The notes beneath the pieces are model-generated. The model had not been told where the DNA came from. It searched no databases and saw nothing but the letters and a program-made list of their open reading frames with translations. A stretch of 60,483 bases of DNA, taken from the NCBI GenBank assembly GCA_964625085.1, contig CAZVAJ010000004.1, positions 367 to 60,849 on the forward strand, read 5' to 3'. Made by a program: the position numbers and the translations under genes. Origin of the DNA: Candidatus Micrarchaeota archaeon (GTDB lineage: Archaea > B1Sed10-29 > JAJSAI01). Position 1 is the stretch's first letter, and each line of letters opens with the position of its first letter. Positions 55,832-60,483 of this stretch are shown one piece after another.

Positions 55832-57310
55832 ATGACCAACAAAACAAAGTATGATAAAATAATGGAAAAAATGCTCAAACGAGCTTTCTTTTACCCCAGT
55901 TCTGAAATCTACGGAGGATTCTCAGGCTTGTACGATTACGGGTCAACAGGCACCAGGATAAAACTAAAGTGGGAAGATTACTGGCGGAAACATTTCCTTG
56001 GGCTTGGGGATTCTTTTTACGAGATCCAGCCCGCGAACATCATGCCAGAACCGGTATTCGAGGCTTCAGGCCATCTTAAGGAATTCGTGGACCCTCTTGT
56101 ACAGTGCTCGAAATGCGGGTACTACGAAAGAGCAGACACAATTCTTGAAGACCAGCTTAAGCAGACGTTTGAAGGAATAACCCCTGAAGAGCTTGACCAG
56201 CTCATAAAAAAGAACAAGATCACCTGCCCGAAATGCAAGGGTAGGCTGAAAGAAGTAACAGTGCTTAATCTGATGTTCAATTTTGACGTTGGAATATTCC
56301 ATTCTGTGACAAAAGGGTATCTGAGGCCTGAAACTGCACAGGGAGCATACGTGTGCTTCAGAAGAGAATACAAAGCAAACAGGGAAAGAATGCCGTTAGG
56401 CCTTGCGGTTATTGGGAAAGCGTACCGGAACGAGATATCTCCCCGGCAGGGACTGTTTAGAATGAGGGAGTTCACGCAGGCAGAACTGCAGATCTTTTTT
56501 GATCCTGACAAGATAAACGAGCACCCGCGGTTTGAGGAAGTGAAAGACAAAAAGCTCAGGATAGTTCCTGCAAACGAGAGGGACAAGGGCGAGCAACTGC
56601 TCTCGTGCCAGGAGCTCGTGGAAAAAGGGTATCCTAAGTTCGCTGTGCACTATATGGCCAGAGTCCAAGAGTTTTACGAGTCTTTGAAAGTGCCCTTGGA
56701 AAAGTTCCGGTTCTACGAGAAGAACGAGCAGGAAAGAGCGTTCTATAACCTGCTTCACTTTGATGTTGAAGTTTTTCTTGATTCATTCGGGAAGTACACG
56801 GAGCTGGCTGGATTCCACTACAGAGGAGATCATGACCTGAAAGGCCATCAGAAGGTTTCAGGAGAGGACATGAGTGTTGTAAAGGAAGGTAAAAGGTTCA
56901 TTCCGCACGTGCTAGAACTCAGTTTTGGGGTGGACCGGAACGTGTTCGCCCTCTTTGACATAGGATACAAGGAAGAAGGGAAAAGACAGTGGTTCTCTCT
57001 GCCTGCATTTGTTTCCCCGTGGACCGCTGGCATCTACCCGCTGGTTAAAAGGGACGGGCTTGACAAAAAAGCAAAAGAAATCAAGAACCTGCTTTTAAGA
57101 GAAGGTATTGACGTGTTCTATGACGAAAGAGGGTCTGTTGGAAAAAGGTATGCCCGGGCTGATGAAATAGGCGTAGCGTACGGGATAACGATAGACTATG
57201 ACACAATGCAGGACGATACTGTGACAATTAGGTTCAGGGACTCAACAGAACAAGAAAGGGTGAACGTGGCAGAACTTGCTGAAAGAATAAAAAAACTACA
57301 AGGCATGTGA
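55832..57310 (+). CDS. glyS: Glycine--tRNA ligase (archaeal/eukaryotic alpha2 type)
   Basis: EIYGG...YDYG, SGH, LRPETAQG, RNEISPRQGLFRMREFTQAE, PHVLELSFGVDR, GKRYARADEIG. Confidence 0.97.
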   Translation: MTNKTKYDKIMEKMLKRAFFYPSSEIYGGFSGLYDYGSTGTRIKLKWEDYWRKHFLGLGDSFYEIQPANIMPEPVFEASGHLKEFVDPLVQCSKCGYYERADTILEDQLKQTFEGITPEELDQLIKKNKITCPKCKGRLKEVTVLNLMFNFDVGIFHSVTKGYLRPETAQGAYVCFRREYKANRERMPLGLAVIGKAYRNEISPRQGLFRMREFTQAELQIFFDPDKINEHPRFEEVKDKKLRIVPANERDKGEQLLSCQELVEKGYPKFAVHYMARVQEFYESLKVPLEKFRFYEKNEQERAFYNLLHFDVEVFLDSFGKYTELAGFHYRGDHDLKGHQKVSGEDMSVVKEGKRFIPHVLELSFGVDRNVFALFDIGYKEEGKRQWFSLPAFVSPWTAGIYPLVKRDGLDKKAKEIKNLLLREGIDVFYDERGSVGKRYARADEIGVAYGITIDYDTMQDDTVTIRFRDSTEQERVNVAELAERIKKLQGM

Positions 57311-58039
57311 TTCTTCCTGTTCCTTAAGCGCGGTAAGCAGGTCAATTATTTCTATTCCTCTGCAGGTTATCTCATAAGGGAACCACTTCAGAGGATGAGA
57401 CTGGTTAGCCATCCGTGTTATCCTGAGCTTGTGCTTTGCGCCCGAGTTCATGATCTCTAATGCACTATCACACAAGTAGGAGAGAGTAGTTTCCACCTCA
57501 TCAGAGTGAACCCCTTCTTCCAAAATGAACAAAGATACTGTATTATGTTCTTTCAGGACCCCTGTAAACACCTGCATAAACTTGAAAAACCTGCCAGTAT
57601 CCTCTGATGACTGCAAGAGCACGTCAGTCAGCGAGTCGAACACAACCCTCCCAGGCTTCTTGCTCCCGAACCCTGCTTCTGAAAGCGCGGTCTTCACAAC
57701 GTCCGTGATCTCGTTAAAATTGGAAAGGCTGGAGATCTTCAGCATGCTTTTTGTCCTGCTGGTCCTCCAGGAGTACGCGTCAACAAACACAATCCTTTCC
57801 AAGTCCTCTTCCGTGATCTTAAGATCAAAATTCAACAGGGCCTGTTTACACTGCTCAAACTTTTCTCCAGTGGAAACAAAAACAACCTTCTCTCCCCTGC
57901 GCAAACCCTCTGCCAAAAACTGCCTTGCAAACGTTGTTTTCCCGCAACCCGGAGGCCCTACCAAAAGAACTGAAGACGGCAGCATAAAACCTCCTGCAAG
58001 AATCTCATCTAACCTTCGGATGCCCGTGGAAATCCTCAA
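57296..58039 (-). CDS. KaiC/RAD55-like ATPase
   Basis: ISTGI..LD, GPPGCGKT Walker A, FVDAY, VVFDS, LRITRM, GIEI. Confidence 0.88.
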   Translation of the reverse strand: MRISTGIRRLDEILAGGFMLPSSVLLVGPPGCGKTTFARQFLAEGLRRGEKVVFVSTGEKFEQCKQALLNFDLKITEEDLERIVFVDAYSWRTSRTKSMLKISSLSNFNEITDVVKTALSEAGFGSKKPGRVVFDSLTDVLLQSSEDTGRFFKFMQVFTGVLKEHNTVSLFILEEGVHSDEVETTLSYLCDSALEIMNSGAKHKLRITRMANQSHPLKWFPYEITCRGIEIIDLLTALKEQEESHAL

Positions 58040-58692
58040 TCTATCACGTCCAAAAGCTTAAGTCTTCTTCCATCATATTCTCCCATGAAAATGCGCCTGG
58101 CCTTGTTAGGCAGTCCTGCTTTTATGATAATCTTTTCTTCTGCCCTCCTGAACAAAATCTCCCCATCTGCTTTCTTCCTGAGAACAGGACTGCCTGGCCC
58201 TGTCCTTACCACAAAGACACAAGAAGAACCAAACTCCTTGGCTGTTCTAGAAAGCCTTGAAACAAACCAAGAAACACTGGTCTTAGAGTAGCTGTTCGTA
58301 ATCCGGTTAAAAGAATCCATAACAAGAAGCGCTGGAGGAACATCTGCAGCCTTGAATTCTCTGGCAACCTGGTAGTATAATTCTTTCAGCGTAAGATCCT
58401 TCTCCTCAAAATCATACTCGTACAAGTCAAAAAACCGGGCTGTTTCTTTTTCAAGCAAACTAGCCAAGGCCTTTCTTCCAATAAGCTGCGTGAACATCGG
58501 GATCATGTCCGAACTTGGCCTGTCAAGACTAACAAACAGTGCAGGATTGCCTCTTCTCACGTTTGACGCGAACATCTTGCTAGAAAAGTATGTTTTCCCA
58601 GTATGCTTAGGCCCTGACACCAAAAGAGAAGTTCTAGAAGGAATTCCTCCAATAGCCCTGTCAATCACCTTGAACCCTGTCCAAAGCCTCAT
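58036..58692 (-). CDS. KaiC/RAD55-like ATPase (divergent)
   Basis: TGF..ID..GGIP, GPKHTGKT, FVSLD, LVMDS, ADGEI. Confidence 0.8.
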   Translation of the reverse strand: MRLWTGFKVIDRAIGGIPSRTSLLVSGPKHTGKTYFSSKMFASNVRRGNPALFVSLDRPSSDMIPMFTQLIGRKALASLLEKETARFFDLYEYDFEEKDLTLKELYYQVAREFKAADVPPALLVMDSFNRITNSYSKTSVSWFVSRLSRTAKEFGSSCVFVVRTGPGSPVLRKKADGEILFRRAEEKIIIKAGLPNKARRIFMGEYDGRRLKLLDVID

Positions 58693-58805
58693 GCAACCAT
58701 AAAAGAAAAAGAGTTTAAAAAGGATTTTGTCCTACACGACAAAAAAAACCGCAAAATAAAGGAAGAACAATAAAAAAGTAAACCTTTTCCCGGTTCATTC
58801 CGGTT

Positions 58806-58855
58806 GCAAAAACCTTATATACTTGTTCTGCTAGTTTTAGTTCCAAAGGAGGTGG
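58806..58855 (+). promoter_or_regulatory. BRE/TATA promoter and SD of the putative RiPP operon
   Basis: GCAAAAA-CC-TTATATA (TATA 58815-58821) and GGAGGTGG (58848-58855) 4 nt before ATG 58860. Confidence 0.7.
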
Positions 58856-58859
58856 CAGT

Positions 58860-58949
58860 ATGAACACAAAAATCTTGGAAAAATACTCTAAGAAAATCAA
58901 AATAATAATAGATGCAATGATAAATTGGTCTTGCGGAGATGAGGAATAA
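58860..58949 (+). CDS. Putative RiPP precursor peptide, 29 aa; missing from the ORF track
   Basis: Translates MNTKILEKYSKKIKIIIDAMINWSCGDEE; strong SD; stop is 2 nt before the methyltransferase ATG. Confidence 0.75.
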   Translation: MNTKILEKYSKKIKIIIDAMINWSCGDEE

Positions 58950-58951
58950 AC

Positions 58952-59566
58952 ATGAAGAGACTGTACCGCGAGGGTGCAAGGTACTATGAGGACAACCAGC
59001 CCAACCCCACGAAAGTATACGAGAACTGGTTGGAGCTCCTGAAGAAGACGGATTACACGAGCGTGCTTGACATAGGGTGCGGGCTGGGGGACTTTACTCA
59101 AATGCTGCAGGACGAAGGATACGAAGCAGTAGGCATAGACAGCTCAGAGCAAATGATCCGGGCTGCCAGGAAAAAGCACCCTGAATGCAAGTTCGTGCAA
59201 GCGAACGCCGTGGATTACAAGCCCGCGCAAGAAGTAGGGATAATGGCATTCACTGTCCTGCCCCACCTTTCCCAAAAAGAGCTTGGAACCCTGTTCAAAA
59301 GAATGGGACAAGAAGACTACACCAAAGCATTATGGTTCGACTACCCAAAGTACGTTAAACAACTGCTGGACAGGGTCACGAGCATGCCAGGAATAGACTT
59401 TGTCTTCCACCCCGAGGGCAAGATAGAATACCTCGTGGGAGAATACAGGGAAGAACTGTGGCTAGTCACTCCCTCCCTCGTGGAAGCCTTAGCAGAAGCC
59501 TGCGGGCTCGGTACCCGGATCCTGAAAGAAGGGAGAATAAGGTACTACCAGGAGTGTAAAATATGA
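58952..59566 (+). CDS. Class I SAM-dependent methyltransferase (putative tailoring enzyme)
   Basis: VLDIGCGLG, GIDSSEQMI, FVQAN, FTVLPHL; ATGA overlap with the radical SAM gene. Confidence 0.88.
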   Translation: MKRLYREGARYYEDNQPNPTKVYENWLELLKKTDYTSVLDIGCGLGDFTQMLQDEGYEAVGIDSSEQMIRAARKKHPECKFVQANAVDYKPAQEVGIMAFTVLPHLSQKELGTLFKRMGQEDYTKALWFDYPKYVKQLLDRVTSMPGIDFVFHPEGKIEYLVGEYREELWLVTPSLVEALAEACGLGTRILKEGRIRYYQECKI

Positions 59567-60471
59567 TACTGGATATTGCGATAACTAGCACATGTAACCT
59601 AAACTGTAAACATTGTTACCAGGGAAAACAAGTAAAGCAGGAGAGATTTGTCCTGCCTTATTACAAGATAGAAGAAATTGTCCTTGACGTCATGAATGAA
59701 TTCAAAAATAACAAGATAATAATCACGGGAGGAGAACCATTCACTCACCCTGAAATAAACAAAATTCTTGAGTTTCTCAAAAAACGCCCAGAAGCCAAAA
59801 TTGTAGTTATGACCAACGGAACAAAGTTGCCTGAAAAGGCTTTTGAGCTTCAGAACGTAGAGTACTCCATATCTCTGGATGGCCCTAAAGAAGTTCATGA
59901 AAAGATAAGAGGAAAAGGCACGTATGAAAAAACTTTGAAGAACATCCAGAAAATAAAAGAAAAGACTGGGGCTAAAGTAGAAGTGAAAACTATAATCACC
60001 CCCGAACTAGAAAAGGACGCTGTTCTAGAAAAGTTCTTATCTGATCTTGTAAAAGTAGGCGTGGACGAACTTGTGTTCAATAATGTGTTCTACCAAGGCA
60101 ATGCGACAAACTTGAAATGGGTGGCAGAAACCAAACAACCCTTACAAAAGCAAAGAAAACCATACTGCCATGCTGGGGAAGATAGAGTGGCTGTAAACTT
60201 TGATGGAGTAGTGTACCCTTGCCACTTTTTCAGAAGCATTAATATGCTTTCAATGGGCAATATCTATTACACTCCACTTTTGGAAATAATAGCCAGAGGA
60301 AAAAGAACAGTAACAGATCTCCTGAAAAGAGAGAAGCACCCTCTTGGGTGCAGCGCCAGAAGCTTTCTCGCTAACGGGATTCCAGACTCCCCTGATCCCT
60401 TTGAAGAACTTGCAACAGGCAGGACAGTATCCCCAGAAAAACTGGAAAAAGCACGGCTATTAAAGGCATAA
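59563..60471 (+). CDS. Radical SAM enzyme with truncated SPASM/twitch-type C-terminal domain
   Basis: CNLNCKHCY (CxxxCxxC), TGGEP, TNG, ISLDG..HEKIRG, CHAG...DGVVYPC, MGNI, GCSARS. Confidence 0.92.
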   Translation: MILDIAITSTCNLNCKHCYQGKQVKQERFVLPYYKIEEIVLDVMNEFKNNKIIITGGEPFTHPEINKILEFLKKRPEAKIVVMTNGTKLPEKAFELQNVEYSISLDGPKEVHEKIRGKGTYEKTLKNIQKIKEKTGAKVEVKTIITPELEKDAVLEKFLSDLVKVGVDELVFNNVFYQGNATNLKWVAETKQPLQKQRKPYCHAGEDRVAVNFDGVVYPCHFFRSINMLSMGNIYYTPLLEIIARGKRTVTDLLKREKHPLGCSARSFLANGIPDSPDPFEELATGRTVSPEKLEKARLLKA

Positions 60472-60483
60472 TAAACCTTTTCC

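Noticed and set aside
57866..57880. TCCAGTGGAAACAAA resembles an archaeal ORB origin box
   Set aside because: Single copy inside a KaiC-like CDS (antisense of FVSTGE), with no G-string, AT-rich unwinding element or cdc6 nearby.
57296..58692. KaiC-like pair as a circadian clock
   Set aside because: They are single-domain ATPases without KaiA or KaiB, typical of the broad archaeal RAD55/KaiC family.
1..60483. CRISPR arrays, tRNA genes, transposases, integrases, and the many short antisense ORFs in the track
   Set aside because: No regularly spaced repeats, cloverleaf structures or recombinase motifs were seen by eye; the antisense ORFs lie opposite well-supported genes. A tRNAscan-SE or cmscan run could still find items missed here.

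Overview
Gene-dense archaeal chromosome segment. Archaeal markers include archaeal ThrRS and GlyRS, eL15, eL43, uL16, exosome and proteasome genes, MCM, aIF2-beta, aIF1A, BRE/TATA promoters and GGAGGTG Shine-Dalgarno (SD) sites. The bacterial-type MetK, AMP phosphorylase/R15P isomerase, HARP and a stand-alone 5S rRNA gene suggest a DPANN-like lineage (inference only). The core contains the conserved exosome/proteasome/RNase P superoperon (17.8-25.8 kb), an iorAB-HMG-CoA synthase-thiolase-DUF35 operon, a DUF134/NifX/permease cluster with a perfect palindromic operator, and an MCM-translation factor cluster. No CRISPR array, tRNA or transposase was seen. The best candidate for an undescribed system is at the right end: an unannotated 29-aa ORF (58860-58949, ...NWSCGDEE) with its own promoter and strong SD, directly followed by a SAM methyltransferase and a radical SAM enzyme with a truncated SPASM/twitch-type domain. 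This is a putative archaeal RiPP cluster that may continue beyond the window. Other highlights are a Bud23/WBSCR22-like methyltransferase, two paralogous orphan kinase-like proteins with a shared basic leader, an AT-rich SET-domain islet, a Cys-rich SNAP/TPR-like surface protein near KaiC-like ATPases, an exact 16-bp motif shared by two intergenic regions, and a structured 470-bp intergenic region with micro-ORFs. All assignments come from motif recognition by eye; no database searches were run.
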